59,472 nt of DNA, from positions 1-59,472 of the IMG/VR virus record IMGVR_UViG_3300010354_000097, one strand, 5' to 3'. Origin of the DNA: a virus (taxonomy: Duplodnaviria; Caudoviricetes). Made by a program: the position numbers and the translations under genes. The notes below the pieces were generated by a model. It did not search any database. It saw only the letters and a program-made list of their open reading frames with translations, and was not told the origin of the DNA. Below are positions 1 to 9,944 of the stretch, in pieces; position 1 is the stretch's first letter; every line of letters starts with the position of its first letter.

Positions 1-1
1 A

Positions 2-856
2 CTCAACGACAATCCTGCAACATTTAATAAAGAACAAAGACAGGTACAAAAATTAGAAATAGCTGCCGTTAAAAGAACAACTGATAATCGTAGACCCGTA
101 TATGATATTACCCAATTACCCACCCAATATAATAACAATGCAATCGTAGACAATCCCAATGTGGGCGGTCTCATTGAGGGACGCCCTTGGTTACCCGCTG
201 TGGTCACATCGGGTTTAACCATGCGTTTAGACGCTAATGACCCGGCTAGTTATCCTGGATCGGGTAACACTTGGATAGATCTGTCAGGTGTTGGTGCGAA
301 TCAAACTCTTGTAAACTCCCCGACATACGTTTCAGGAACTCCTAGCTATTTCTCCTTCAATGGCGTAAATCAATACTCAACAGGTTCACAACTTTTTGTA
401 ATCCCGCCAAATATGTACACCAAAATAGTTTGGTTCCAATTTAATACCTTGGCTGCTGACAACAATCTTGTCAGTAGTTCTGCAGGTGGACATTTTATAT
501 ATGGCTCTAATTCCTCTATTCTGTGGGCCGGTAATGCAGATAATCCTCCTTTTTCTGGCCCCGGTGCTTTCAGATCTACTGGTAGTTTAAGTGCGAACAC
601 TTGGTATTGTGCTGCTGTAGTTTTTTCTGCTCCACAGATTCGAATGTATATTAACGGCGTACTTAGTAGCATCGATATTACCTACGGTGACGGAACCGGG
701 CACGACGGAGATGGATCAGTTAATCTAGCTTGTTTTGCACCAGGCGGTAATTTATTAAATGGTAAAATAGCCGAAGTGTATTGTTATAGTCGAAATTTGT
801 CAGCAGACGAAGTATTACAAGTCTTTAACGCCACTAAATCTAAATACGGATTTTAA
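2..856 (+). CDS. LamG/concanavalin A-like lectin domain protein, probably virion-associated (5' partial)
   Basis: The frame of ORF 161..856 is open back to the window start (LNDNPATFNKEQRQVQKLEIAA...). LamG-like motifs LDANDPASYPGSG, MYING and GKIAEVYCYSRNLSADEV. Confidence 0.75.
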   Translation, partial: LNDNPATFNKEQRQVQKLEIAAVKRTTDNRRPVYDITQLPTQYNNNAIVDNPNVGGLIEGRPWLPAVVTSGLTMRLDANDPASYPGSGNTWIDLSGVGANQTLVNSPTYVSGTPSYFSFNGVNQYSTGSQLFVIPPNMYTKIVWFQFNTLAADNNLVSSSAGGHFIYGSNSSILWAGNADNPPFSGPGAFRSTGSLSANTWYCAAVVFSAPQIRMYINGVLSSIDITYGDGTGHDGDGSVNLACFAPGGNLLNGKIAEVYCYSRNLSADEVLQVFNATKSKYGF

Positions 857-859
857 AAT

Positions 860-2191
860 ATGGGAATACAAAACCCAAATTCCACAAATTACGTCCATTC
901 CGATGAACCCAATCTGCTGAATCTTCATAAAACTATGGAGTACAATGCATTGGGTCAGCCTGTACTTCGTACCACTCTTAAAGTAGGACAAACTGATGCG
1001 TTTGGTCGTATTCGTATGTCTAGCCCTTTTACTTTGGGTGACTACAAACATTTATATGGTTTAGATCCTAACTTTGTTGACAAGATATTCAATGGCGGCT
1101 CTGTAACCTTTCAATCCAATCAAGCCTGTGCAAGATTAACCACTTCAAATAATGCTAACAGTCGGGTAGTGCATCAAACTAAGTTTTATCATCATTATAT
1201 GCCTGGAAAGAGTCAGCAGATATTGTCTAGTATTAATTTCCACGCCGCTGTTCCTAATGTAACTAAACGCACTGGGTATTACGACGACAATAATGGAATA
1301 TTTTTCGAACAAGCCGGCAACGGTACACTGTCTTGGGTCATACGTAGTTATGTGTCCGGTGCTCCTGTGGAAAATCGTAAAACTCAGGCAGAGTGGAATA
1401 TTGATAAATGCAACGGCACTGGCGGAAGTCTTTTTAATTTAGATGTAACAAAAACACAGTTAGTGTTTATGGAATTTCAATGGTTGGGTGTAGGATCTGT
1501 AACAACGGGATTTGTACATGAGGGAGCATTTATACCTTGTCATCTTTTTCATCACTCGAATAGTTTAACCACTGTATACATGAGTACACCTAATTTACCA
1601 GTACGTTGTGAAATACTGAATACTGGTGCTACTGCTGGGGGATTTATGGATCAAATCTGTTCCACTGTGGTCAGTGAAGGCGGCTACGTAGAAGCAGGCA
1701 CAGATTGGGCTGTAACTAGCCCTACACTAAAAACTGTGACCGCAGGAGCAACATTACCTATTATAGCTATTAGATTGAAAACTGCATTCAAGACCTATTC
1801 TAATCGTATGATTGTTAGAATGGGCAATCTCAATATGTTCAGTGATGGCGAAAGCATTAAATGGAGATTATTAAAACTACCCGACAGCAGTTATCTCAAT
1901 GACACTACTTGGACAGACGTAGATGCAGACAGTGGAGTACAGTATAACGTAGATGCTACTACATGGACAGACGGTGACGAAATGGACAACGGATGGGTAG
2001 GAGCCAGCACACAAGGTAGTCAAAAAGCAGGAGGTGCTCCTGCATCTAATATGCCCAGCAGTGCCAAAAAGAATTATATCGTACAAAACTACGACAGTAC
2101 CGACAGTGAAATTTATTTGATAGTAGCCACCAACTTAGGAACACAGAGTACTAAAGTGGGTGCTGCTGTTCAATGGCGTGAAATTTATTAA
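860..2191 (+). CDS. Putative virion structural protein
   Basis: 443 aa, beta-rich, G/S/T-rich; DAFGRIRMSSPFTL motif typical of structural proteins of large T4-like phages; TAAATA at 841-846. Confidence 0.55.
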   Translation: MGIQNPNSTNYVHSDEPNLLNLHKTMEYNALGQPVLRTTLKVGQTDAFGRIRMSSPFTLGDYKHLYGLDPNFVDKIFNGGSVTFQSNQACARLTTSNNANSRVVHQTKFYHHYMPGKSQQILSSINFHAAVPNVTKRTGYYDDNNGIFFEQAGNGTLSWVIRSYVSGAPVENRKTQAEWNIDKCNGTGGSLFNLDVTKTQLVFMEFQWLGVGSVTTGFVHEGAFIPCHLFHHSNSLTTVYMSTPNLPVRCEILNTGATAGGFMDQICSTVVSEGGYVEAGTDWAVTSPTLKTVTAGATLPIIAIRLKTAFKTYSNRMIVRMGNLNMFSDGESIKWRLLKLPDSSYLNDTTWTDVDADSGVQYNVDATTWTDGDEMDNGWVGASTQGSQKAGGAPASNMPSSAKKNYIVQNYDSTDSEIYLIVATNLGTQSTKVGAAVQWREIY

Positions 2192-2198
2192 TTAACCG

Positions 2199-2786
2199 AT
2201 GAACACCGCCATCGTTTTTGTTCACGGGGCCTATAGCAGTTCAAACAGTTTTAATTATATCAAACATTGTTGTCAATTTGACAACGTGATCAATCTTGAT
2301 TATTCTATTTCAAAAAAATTCCCAACTAATTTAGAATCAATGAAATCCACTTTAGAATTTTTTGATGATCCACTATTTTTTATTGCTCATAGTTTGGGCG
2401 GTATATACGCACTACATCTCGCCGATCATTTTACTGATAGATGTTGCGGCGGAATTACCTTGAGTACTCCTTATGGTGGAAGTCAATTGGCTGATTTTTT
2501 AAAATATTTTGTAGCTAACGATCATTTTTATAGAGAAATTGGTACTCATGGTGATCCAATTACCTATGCCGAAGAAATCAAAATTCAGTGGCCTTGGATC
2601 AACTTAGTCAGTACTCGTGGACAGGTGCCCTGGATTATCGGAGACAATGATGGTGTGGTTTCTATTGCGTCAATGACTCATAATACTAATATCAAAACAG
2701 AAAAAATTGCTGCCACACATCACGAAATACTAATGCACCAAGATACCATAAATATTATTTTAGAACGAACTCAACATTTAAAATAA
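2199..2786 (+). CDS. Alpha/beta hydrolase (lipase/esterase-like)
   Basis: VFVHG oxyanion motif, AHSLGG nucleophile elbow, STPYGGS, NDGVV acid and a C-terminal His. Confidence 0.85.
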   Translation: MNTAIVFVHGAYSSSNSFNYIKHCCQFDNVINLDYSISKKFPTNLESMKSTLEFFDDPLFFIAHSLGGIYALHLADHFTDRCCGGITLSTPYGGSQLADFLKYFVANDHFYREIGTHGDPITYAEEIKIQWPWINLVSTRGQVPWIIGDNDGVVSIASMTHNTNIKTEKIAATHHEILMHQDTINIILERTQHLK

Positions 2787-2807
2787 GTTTATAAAAAGGA
2801 TTAGTAA

Positions 2808-3230
2808 ATGTACCGGAAGTATATTCAAATTGTCGAAGCAGCTAATAAAGGGTGTCCGGTGGCTACTTATGATATCGATGTTAACTTAAAAAATCGTCAG
2901 AAAGCTATAGACCGGTATCATTATGGTCCCGCTAATCCAGAAGAACCCGAGGACTACTGGAAACAGGCTGCTAAACGTTGGGGTATTACAGAAAAAACTG
3001 CTCAAACAATGAAATGTGCTAACTGTGCTGCATTCGATGTCAGTGATAAAATGTGGAAATGTATCGAAGATGGTGCAAAAGGTAGTGAGTCTAATGCCGA
3101 TACAATGGCTACAATACATAAAGCAGATCTAGGGTATTGTAACTTTCTGCACTTTAAATGTGCAGGAGATCGTAGTTGCACTGCTTGGGTAACAGGTGGT
3201 GCAATCGACAATAAAGATAGAACCGAATGA
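2808..3230 (+). CDS. Cys-rich hypothetical protein (HiPIP-like Cys pattern)
   Basis: CANC...GYC...KC...SCTAW pattern; ATAAATA at 2748-2754 and AAGGA RBS upstream. Confidence 0.55.
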   Translation: MYRKYIQIVEAANKGCPVATYDIDVNLKNRQKAIDRYHYGPANPEEPEDYWKQAAKRWGITEKTAQTMKCANCAAFDVSDKMWKCIEDGAKGSESNADTMATIHKADLGYCNFLHFKCAGDRSCTAWVTGGAIDNKDRTE

Positions 3231-3865
3231 AACAATCTGAAATTATTTTTGAGAATGCTAAAATATTCCAAATAATGGATGATTACGGTCTAGGTTTCAC
3301 CGGTATTGATCAGTATATGAAAAGCAAGGGCTATCGTTTTCTTGCACATGGAGCCATGCAGGTTACATATAAATTACCTAATGCCGATCACGTAATTAAA
3401 ATATTTATGGGCGAAACAGGTTGTTCGCACACAAGACCTAAGATGGATCCCAGGCAGAGATTGATTAAATACTATTACGATTTCTGTAAAAACAATCAAG
3501 ACATACCTTTTCTTCCTAAAATGTTTGAATATCAAACATTTGTTTGGCCAATAAATTACACTGATTATTGTTTGAATTTACAAATCCGTATGGAAGCATT
3601 ATTAGAGCTGAACAATGAAGAAATAGTGTTTTACAGTAGACTTATAAGTTACACAGGAGTATATGATTTTGATATGTTTATAGATGAAATGTCAGAGGAT
3701 TTTCCTAGGCTGGTTAATCAATATAGACGTTTAAAACGATTTTATAATACAGTTATAGTTTTAAACAATTTATCAAAGAAGTATGGTTTTAGATTTGATC
3801 TGCATCCACAGAACATAATGAAAAGAAGCAACGGTACTCCAGTTATTGTAGATCCATGGGCATAA
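3227..3865 (+). CDS. Protein kinase-like fold enzyme
   Basis: LAHGAMQVTY (P-loop-like), VIKIF (catalytic Lys), FDLHPQNIM (catalytic loop), VIVDPW (Mg-binding Asp). Confidence 0.75.
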   Translation: MKQSEIIFENAKIFQIMDDYGLGFTGIDQYMKSKGYRFLAHGAMQVTYKLPNADHVIKIFMGETGCSHTRPKMDPRQRLIKYYYDFCKNNQDIPFLPKMFEYQTFVWPINYTDYCLNLQIRMEALLELNNEEIVFYSRLISYTGVYDFDMFIDEMSEDFPRLVNQYRRLKRFYNTVIVLNNLSKKYGFRFDLHPQNIMKRSNGTPVIVDPWA

Positions 3866-3866
3866 A

Positions 3867-3968
3867 ATGAGAGCACAAGAATTTGTCGCAGAGTGGGTAT
3901 ACCAAATGCGTCGCGGAAGGAATGAGAAAAATGAGAGATTTGATTCAAATAGTAGAAGGACAATTTAG
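3867..3968 (+). pseudogene. 33-aa ORF or gene remnant, MRAQEFVAEW...
   Basis: ATG at 3867 directly after the kinase stop, TAG at 3966-3968; overlaps the next gene out of frame. Not in the ORF track. Confidence 0.35.
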
Positions 3969-4314
3969 ATCCAACAATGTTGAGGAGTTTGTTCCGGATA
4001 ACGAATCACTTAACAACATAAAATCTAAATATCTTCCCGAATGGGAAATGTTAGATCATAGAACCCTTGAAGCACAATATGTTGCACAGGATCATAGACA
4101 AGCACTAGAATTTGTCAAATATATTAACTCTGTTAGCGAAGATATGGATCACTTTGCAGAAGTAATACAAGATGTCTCTGAAGTTACAATTAAAACAACT
4201 ACCACCGACGTTAATGGATTAACAATATTAGATTTTGAATTAGCTATGCGTATCGACGATTACGCTCGAAAAAATAATATAGAACAGATTAGAGGTGGTG
4301 GTAATTTCGATTGA
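3931..4314 (+). CDS. Pterin-4-alpha-carbinolamine dehydratase-like protein
   Basis: LPEW...ALEFVKYINSVSEDMDHFAEV...TTTDVNGLTILDFELAMRIDD matches the PCD/PhhB fold, with degenerate His motifs. Start moved from TTG 3883 to ATG 3931 (3922 also possible). Confidence 0.7.
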   Translation: MRDLIQIVEGQFRSNNVEEFVPDNESLNNIKSKYLPEWEMLDHRTLEAQYVAQDHRQALEFVKYINSVSEDMDHFAEVIQDVSEVTIKTTTTDVNGLTILDFELAMRIDDYARKNNIEQIRGGGNFD

Positions 4315-4321
4315 GGATAAA

Positions 4322-4930
4322 ATGTTTAAGATAGCCGACATTCATTTTATTAAAGATCCTGTAATCAGTAAAAAGATAGATTTAATTTATTTCGATAATC
4401 CATCTTGTGTAGATTTTTTTGACAAAGATGGCTACGAGTTAACTCAACTCGAACAAACATATTACAAAGAACAAGGTTATCCTATAACAACGTACACTGC
4501 TGGTCATCCTGGGTTTTTTGAACCATGGATATCAGTTGATCACGCCCACATCAGTATCGATCATAGTTGTGCTATGTATAGATGTAATTTTGTAGGCGAG
4601 GCCGAAGAACAAATCGAAAAATATAAACAACACAATAATAGGATAGGATGGTTATTAACTTGTCAACAAAAATGGGGCCTGGATGTTGATATTGATTATT
4701 GTGATGAAAATTTTGCATTAGAAGTTCTTCATTTAGAATGGGACGCTCCTTCAGCTGAAATTATACAACAACATAAAGCTGAAGCCGAAAAACTCATTTT
4801 AAATACTGATTGGATTGATGCTGCTCATTGTATTTGGGCTCAAAGAGATCAATGGCAAAATCTTAAAGGGTGGTATGCTCAAGCTCATTGGAAATCTAAA
4901 TATTTTGGTTTGGAAAGACCTTGGTATTAA
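4322..4930 (+). CDS. Hypothetical protein
   Basis: Long ORF; ATG 4322 is preceded by a GAGGA RBS. Confidence 0.65.
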   Translation: MFKIADIHFIKDPVISKKIDLIYFDNPSCVDFFDKDGYELTQLEQTYYKEQGYPITTYTAGHPGFFEPWISVDHAHISIDHSCAMYRCNFVGEAEEQIEKYKQHNNRIGWLLTCQQKWGLDVDIDYCDENFALEVLHLEWDAPSAEIIQQHKAEAEKLILNTDWIDAAHCIWAQRDQWQNLKGWYAQAHWKSKYFGLERPWY

Positions 4931-4987
4931 AATTTTTATAGTTTTTAGTTATTAAATAACTAACTACATAAAATAAAGGAATCGAGT

Positions 4988-5848
4988 TTGAAAATTTTAG
5001 ATTGTTTCTCTTTCTATAACGAAAAAGAATTACTGGAATTAAGAGTAAAACTTTTATACGATAAAGTTGATCTCTTTGTTATTAGCGACGCAAATCGAAC
5101 TCACAGCGGTATACCTAAAGAATATACCTGTAAAGAAATTATCAAACGTTTCAATTTACCCAAAAATAAAATCGAAATAGTCGAAGTAGATTTGCCCGGG
5201 CCCGAGATCGAAACTGATAATTGGAATAGGGAAAGATTACAAAGAAATGCAGCTCAACAATATATAGATCAAAATACTGTAGCTATAGTTTCGGACTGTG
5301 ACGAAATCATTGATCCTACTTTTATAGATTATTATTCATCGTTAGCTCAAAATAATCCCGATAATATTTTAAGGATACCGATGAGTTACTTAAATTGTCG
5401 AGCCGATTTAGAAGTCTGCGACTCAAATGGAAATAAACGACCGTGGTCGGCAGGATTTATATGTTTACATAATCATATTCAAAAATATACTCTATCCGAT
5501 ATTAGAGAATCATTTTCGAGAGGATTAAATCACATTCCATTCCGAGACATTTACGCTATAGACAACGGAACAATTCAGGATGCCGGGTGGCACTTCAGTT
5601 GGATGGGCGATACCGAACGATTGAAAACAAAATGTCGATCGTTTGGTCATGCACACGAAATTGTTCATAATGCAGTAGCACCACTGTACAGCAATCAAAT
5701 GACCGAATTTTTAAATAACTATAGACCAACAGACGGAACCACAGATCCATTGGGAAGAAACGATCATATACTTAAATCTTACCCGGTGGAAAAATTACCA
5801 CAACTAATTTTCGAAAATCCAAATCTTAAAGAATTTCTTTTGCCTTAG
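4988..5848 (+). CDS. Glycosyltransferase family 17 (beta-1,4-GlcNAc transferase-like)
   Basis: DCFSFYNEKELLELR, THSGIPK, ERLQRN, SDCDEI and GWHFSWMG motifs. Confidence 0.85.
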   Translation: MKILDCFSFYNEKELLELRVKLLYDKVDLFVISDANRTHSGIPKEYTCKEIIKRFNLPKNKIEIVEVDLPGPEIETDNWNRERLQRNAAQQYIDQNTVAIVSDCDEIIDPTFIDYYSSLAQNNPDNILRIPMSYLNCRADLEVCDSNGNKRPWSAGFICLHNHIQKYTLSDIRESFSRGLNHIPFRDIYAIDNGTIQDAGWHFSWMGDTERLKTKCRSFGHAHEIVHNAVAPLYSNQMTEFLNNYRPTDGTTDPLGRNDHILKSYPVEKLPQLIFENPNLKEFLLP

Positions 5849-5850
5849 TA

Positions 5851-5879
5851 TTGCAATCTAGAAACAAAACATATATAAT
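5851..5879 (+). promoter_or_regulatory. sigma70-type promoter
   Basis: TTGCAA-17 bp-TATAAT upstream of the DNA polymerase operon. Confidence 0.7.
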
Positions 5880-5903
5880 TACTTTTAACTATCGGAGAAT
5901 CAT

Positions 5904-6164
5904 ATGCCCCAAAGAATGTTTTCAGCTGAGGGTAAAGCTAAACTTACTCAATTAGTCAATGAAGGTATTTCGGTTATGAGCGAAGTACAAACACTTCAAG
6001 AAGGACTAAACGAAACTATTAAAGCCGTGGCCGAAGAACTAGAAATTAAACCGGCTCTGCTAAAAAAAGCTATCCGAATTGCTCAAAAGAGTAAATTCAC
6101 TGATACTAACCGCGATCACGAAGAACTAACTAATATTCTAGAAACTGTTGGACGTACACTATAA
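5904..6164 (+). CDS. Small dsDNA-binding protein (T4 DsbA/GapR-like)
   Basis: 86 aa, helical; IKAVAEELEIKPALLKKAIRIA pattern; GGAGA RBS. Confidence 0.55.
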   Translation: MPQRMFSAEGKAKLTQLVNEGISVMSEVQTLQEGLNETIKAVAEELEIKPALLKKAIRIAQKSKFTDTNRDHEELTNILETVGRTL

Positions 6165-8816
6165 ATGTATGTTGATGCTATACACGATCGCCAGAACGAT
6201 CGTATCCATGTAGTTGAGCGAGTAAAAGGCGAACGGATATACAGAGAATATCCGGCCAACTACGTTTTTTATTATGACGACCCGCGAGGAAAGTATCGAA
6301 CAATATACGATACACCAGTGGGTCGATTTAGTACTCATAGTAATAAAGAATTTCAGAAAGAAGTAAAATTACATAGTCGGCAACGCTTATGGGAAAGCGA
6401 CATCAATCCGGTATTTAGGTCTTTGGCCGAAAACTATCTCGGATCCGAATCGCCTAAGTTACATACTTGTTTTTTCGATATTGAAGTAGACTTTGATCCA
6501 GCTCGCGGATATTCTAAACCTGAAGATCCATTTAATGCAATTACGTCTATCTCGATGTATCTCGATTGGTCTGAACAATTAATTACTCTTGTTGTTCCAC
6601 CTAAATCGATGTCTTGGGATAGTGCCAAAGATATCACAGACAAATACGATAATTGTTATCTGTTTGAACGAGAGGAAGATATGCTTAATACCTTCCTTGA
6701 TCTTATTGACGATGCAGATGTGTTAAGTGGTTGGAACTCAGAAGGCTTTGACATTCCTTATATGGTAATGCGTATTACTCGAGTGTTAAGTAAGGATGAT
6801 ACTCGACGATTTTGTCTTTGGAATCAATTGCCGAGACAACGCACATTTGAAAGATTCGGTGCCGAAAATATTACTTTTGATCTTTATGGCCGAGTGCATA
6901 TGGACTATATGCAGTTGTATCGAAAATATACTTACGAAGAACGACATAGCTATAGCCTAGATGCTATCGGCGAATACGAAGAAGTAGGCGGTAAGGTTGC
7001 TTATGAAGGTACATTAGATCAACTTTACAATCGAGAATTTGGTAAATTCATTGATTATAATAGACAAGACGTTATGTTGTTAGCCAAATTAGATCGTAAA
7101 TTAAGGTTCCTTGATTTGGCTAATGAACTAGCACACGATAATACTGTATTGCTTCCTACAACAATGGGTGCAGTAGCAGTAACCGAACAAGCTATTATCA
7201 ATGAAGCACATAGTCGAAATATGATTGTACCTAATCGACGAGAACATACCGGAGATACACAAGCAGCCGGTGCCTATGTGGCGTATCCTAAACAAGGAAT
7301 GCACAATGACATCGGAGCTATTGATTTAAACAGTCTGTATCCCTCTGCTATTCGTGCATTAAATATGGGTCCGGAAACTATTGTTGGTCAACTCAGACCA
7401 ACGATGACCGATCAATATATTAAAGAGAAAATAGAAGCAGGTAGCAGTTTCGCTGATGCTTGGGAAAATTTATTCGGAACACTAGAATATACCGCAGTTA
7501 TGGAAGGTCAGATCGGCACAGAAATAACCATTGACTGGGAAGGCGGAGAAGTCACTAGTCATAGTGCAGCTGATATATGGAAATTGATATTTCAAGGAGG
7601 TCAACCTTGGTGTCTAAGTGCCAATGGGACTATCTTTAAGTATAATGTTAGAGGAGTCGTGCCAGGATTATTGGAACGATGGTACGCTGAGCGTAAAGAA
7701 TTACAAAAGAAAAAGAAGGAAGCTGAAACAGATGAAACACGGGCGTTCTGGGATAAAAGGCAATTGGTCAAGAAGATCAACCTTAACAGTTTGTATGGTG
7801 CTATACTTAATCCTGGCTGTCGTTTCTTTGATAAAAGGATCGGTCAATCCACCACTCTAACCGGTCGAGTAATTGCTCGACATATGGATGCATTTGTAAA
7901 CGAATGTATAACCGGCGAATACAACCATGTCGGAAAAGCCATTATATATGGCGACACCGATTCGGTTTATTTTAGTGCTTGGCCTACAATCGAATCCGAT
8001 GTAAATTCTGGATCTATGGAATGGAATCGAGATCTTTGTATTCAACTCTATGACAATATTGCCGAGCAGGTCAACGAAAGTTTTCCTGAATTTATGGAAC
8101 GAGCTTGTCACTGTCCAAGAGAGATGGGCAGTATTATCCGAGCCGGTCGAGAATTAATCGCCAGCAAAGGTTTGTTTATTAAAAAGAAACGCTATGCAGT
8201 TTTAATCTATGATTTAGAAGGCAAACGGTTAGACACCGAAAACAAACCAGGAAAAGTCAAGGCAATGGGGTTAGATCTTAAACGTTCAGATACTCCTAAA
8301 GTTGTACAAGAATTTTTAAGTGCAATTTTGTTGAAAGTTCTAACCGGGACAGATCGAGATGCTATCATCGAAGAGATACGTGAGTTTAAAAATGAATTCA
8401 TTAAACGACCTCCTTGGGAAAAAGGAACACCTAAACGTGTTAATAACTTAACTAAGTATACCGAAGAAGAACAAAGAAAAGGTCGTACTAATATGCCCGG
8501 GCATGTTCGAGCTGCAATGAATTGGAATAATCTCAAAAAAATGTACGGAGATAATTACAGTATGAACATTGTAGACGGAATGAAAACTATTGTTTGCAAA
8601 CTTAAATCCAATCCGTTGGGTTTGACCAGTGTAGGTTACCCCACAGATGAAGCACGTATACCCCAATGGTTCAAAGACTTGCCCTTCGACGATGGATTAA
8701 TGGAAGATACTATTGTGGACCAAAAACTAGAAAACTTATTAGGGGTGCTGAAATGGGATATTTCAGCCAATGTAGATGTCAAATCTACTTTCTCAAGCTT
8801 TTTTAGTTTTAATTGA
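6165..8816 (+). CDS. DNA polymerase family B (T4 gp43-like)
   Basis: Exonuclease motifs FDIE, GWNSEGFDIPY and YNRQD; polymerase motifs DLNSLYPS, KINLNSLYG, YGDTDS and KKRYA. No intein evident. Confidence 0.97.
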   Translation: MYVDAIHDRQNDRIHVVERVKGERIYREYPANYVFYYDDPRGKYRTIYDTPVGRFSTHSNKEFQKEVKLHSRQRLWESDINPVFRSLAENYLGSESPKLHTCFFDIEVDFDPARGYSKPEDPFNAITSISMYLDWSEQLITLVVPPKSMSWDSAKDITDKYDNCYLFEREEDMLNTFLDLIDDADVLSGWNSEGFDIPYMVMRITRVLSKDDTRRFCLWNQLPRQRTFERFGAENITFDLYGRVHMDYMQLYRKYTYEERHSYSLDAIGEYEEVGGKVAYEGTLDQLYNREFGKFIDYNRQDVMLLAKLDRKLRFLDLANELAHDNTVLLPTTMGAVAVTEQAIINEAHSRNMIVPNRREHTGDTQAAGAYVAYPKQGMHNDIGAIDLNSLYPSAIRALNMGPETIVGQLRPTMTDQYIKEKIEAGSSFADAWENLFGTLEYTAVMEGQIGTEITIDWEGGEVTSHSAADIWKLIFQGGQPWCLSANGTIFKYNVRGVVPGLLERWYAERKELQKKKKEAETDETRAFWDKRQLVKKINLNSLYGAILNPGCRFFDKRIGQSTTLTGRVIARHMDAFVNECITGEYNHVGKAIIYGDTDSVYFSAWPTIESDVNSGSMEWNRDLCIQLYDNIAEQVNESFPEFMERACHCPREMGSIIRAGRELIASKGLFIKKKRYAVLIYDLEGKRLDTENKPGKVKAMGLDLKRSDTPKVVQEFLSAILLKVLTGTDRDAIIEEIREFKNEFIKRPPWEKGTPKRVNNLTKYTEEEQRKGRTNMPGHVRAAMNWNNLKKMYGDNYSMNIVDGMKTIVCKLKSNPLGLTSVGYPTDEARIPQWFKDLPFDDGLMEDTIVDQKLENLLGVLKWDISANVDVKSTFSSFFSFN

Positions 8817-8833
8817 AAATACCGTCTAAATCA

Positions 8834-8863
8834 TTGACAGGTCTAAATAGTATCATCTATACT
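8834..8863 (+). promoter_or_regulatory. sigma70-type promoter with an embedded late TAAATA motif
   Basis: TTGACA-18 bp-TATACT; TAAATA at 8844-8849; GTCTAAAT occurs twice. Confidence 0.55.
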
Positions 8864-8883
8864 ATATTATAATGGAGATTTAT

Positions 8884-9606
8884 ATGAGAGATTATCTACT
8901 AGATATTATTAAGAATACACATAACCTAGGTCGAGTACCATTGGTTAAAATCACCGGAACTCAGGAAGAAACTCGTCTAAGTGCAATTGCCGACGAAAGA
9001 CTATTTGTCGTGGATGCTAAATTTCATAATCCTTTGCCCGACTTTATCGGTTCTTTTGGAATGCCGAATCTCGGCCGTTTATCGGTTATTTTAAATACCG
9101 ACGAATATAAAGAAGATGCTAGTATCACTGTTACTAAACATAATAACGAACCCGTTGGTATTCATTTTAAAAATAAAGTCGGGGATTTTAAAAACGATTA
9201 TCGTTTAATGAATAGTACTGTTGCAAACCAATTGCTTCCTGATGTAACGTTTCACGGAGCTAAATGGAACGTAGAATTAGTTCCTACAGTACAAAGCATT
9301 CAGCGTATGAAATTTCAAAGCACTATTAATAGTGACGAAAATCTTTTTTATGTTAAAACCGACGATAATAACAATTTAGTTTTTAGATTTGGAGATCCGG
9401 CTACATTAAATGGAGAATTCGTCTTTGAACAAAATATCAAAGGTTCTCTAAAAAGCGAGAGAGCATATCCAGTCCAAGCAATTTTATCTATTCTGAACCT
9501 TAATGGTGATAAGATCATGAAGTTCAGTCCAGATGGTGTTGTAATGATTACAGTAGACTCAGGATTGGCTTTATATAACTATATCCTTTTAGCTTTACAA
9601 AAATGA
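8884..9606 (+). CDS. Sliding clamp (gp45-like)
   Basis: About 240 aa, alternating beta/alpha pattern, directly downstream of the polymerase, ends with YNYILLA; GGAG RBS before ATG 8884. Confidence 0.65.
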   Translation: MRDYLLDIIKNTHNLGRVPLVKITGTQEETRLSAIADERLFVVDAKFHNPLPDFIGSFGMPNLGRLSVILNTDEYKEDASITVTKHNNEPVGIHFKNKVGDFKNDYRLMNSTVANQLLPDVTFHGAKWNVELVPTVQSIQRMKFQSTINSDENLFYVKTDDNNNLVFRFGDPATLNGEFVFEQNIKGSLKSERAYPVQAILSILNLNGDKIMKFSPDGVVMITVDSGLALYNYILLALQK

Positions 9607-9944
9607 TTACTAGTATATCTACCGGTCAACATTTTGTAACTGTTTCCGGTCCATCGGGCACTTATTATAACAATAACGGTCAACCCACAACCGGTATGCT
9701 GAGGTACCACAGTGGTGGAAAAATTGAAGTCTACGACGGAAGTTATTGGCACCAAGTTAATACCCAATGTACTATCAATTTGAGCAACGAAGCAGAAAAG
9801 GCTATTAACTGGGCTATACAGAAAATGAAGGAAGAACAAGATTTAAAAAATCGTGTGGAAAAGTATCCGTCATTACGCGAAGCTTACAACCAGTTTCAAA
9901 CTATTGATTGTCTAACCAAAGAGGTCGAAAACCATAATGCTTGA
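9603..9944 (+). CDS. Hypothetical protein
   Basis: Translationally coupled ORF; GMLRY...IEVYDGSYW motif. Confidence 0.6.
   Translation: MITSISTGQHFVTVSGPSGTYYNNNGQPTTGMLRYHSGGKIEVYDGSYWHQVNTQCTINLSNEAEKAINWAIQKMKEEQDLKNRVEKYPSLREAYNQFQTIDCLTKEVENHNA

Noticed and set aside
6165-8816. Intein or intron in the DNA polymerase
   Set aside because: Length (883 aa) and motif spacing are normal, with no splicing or homing endonuclease motifs.
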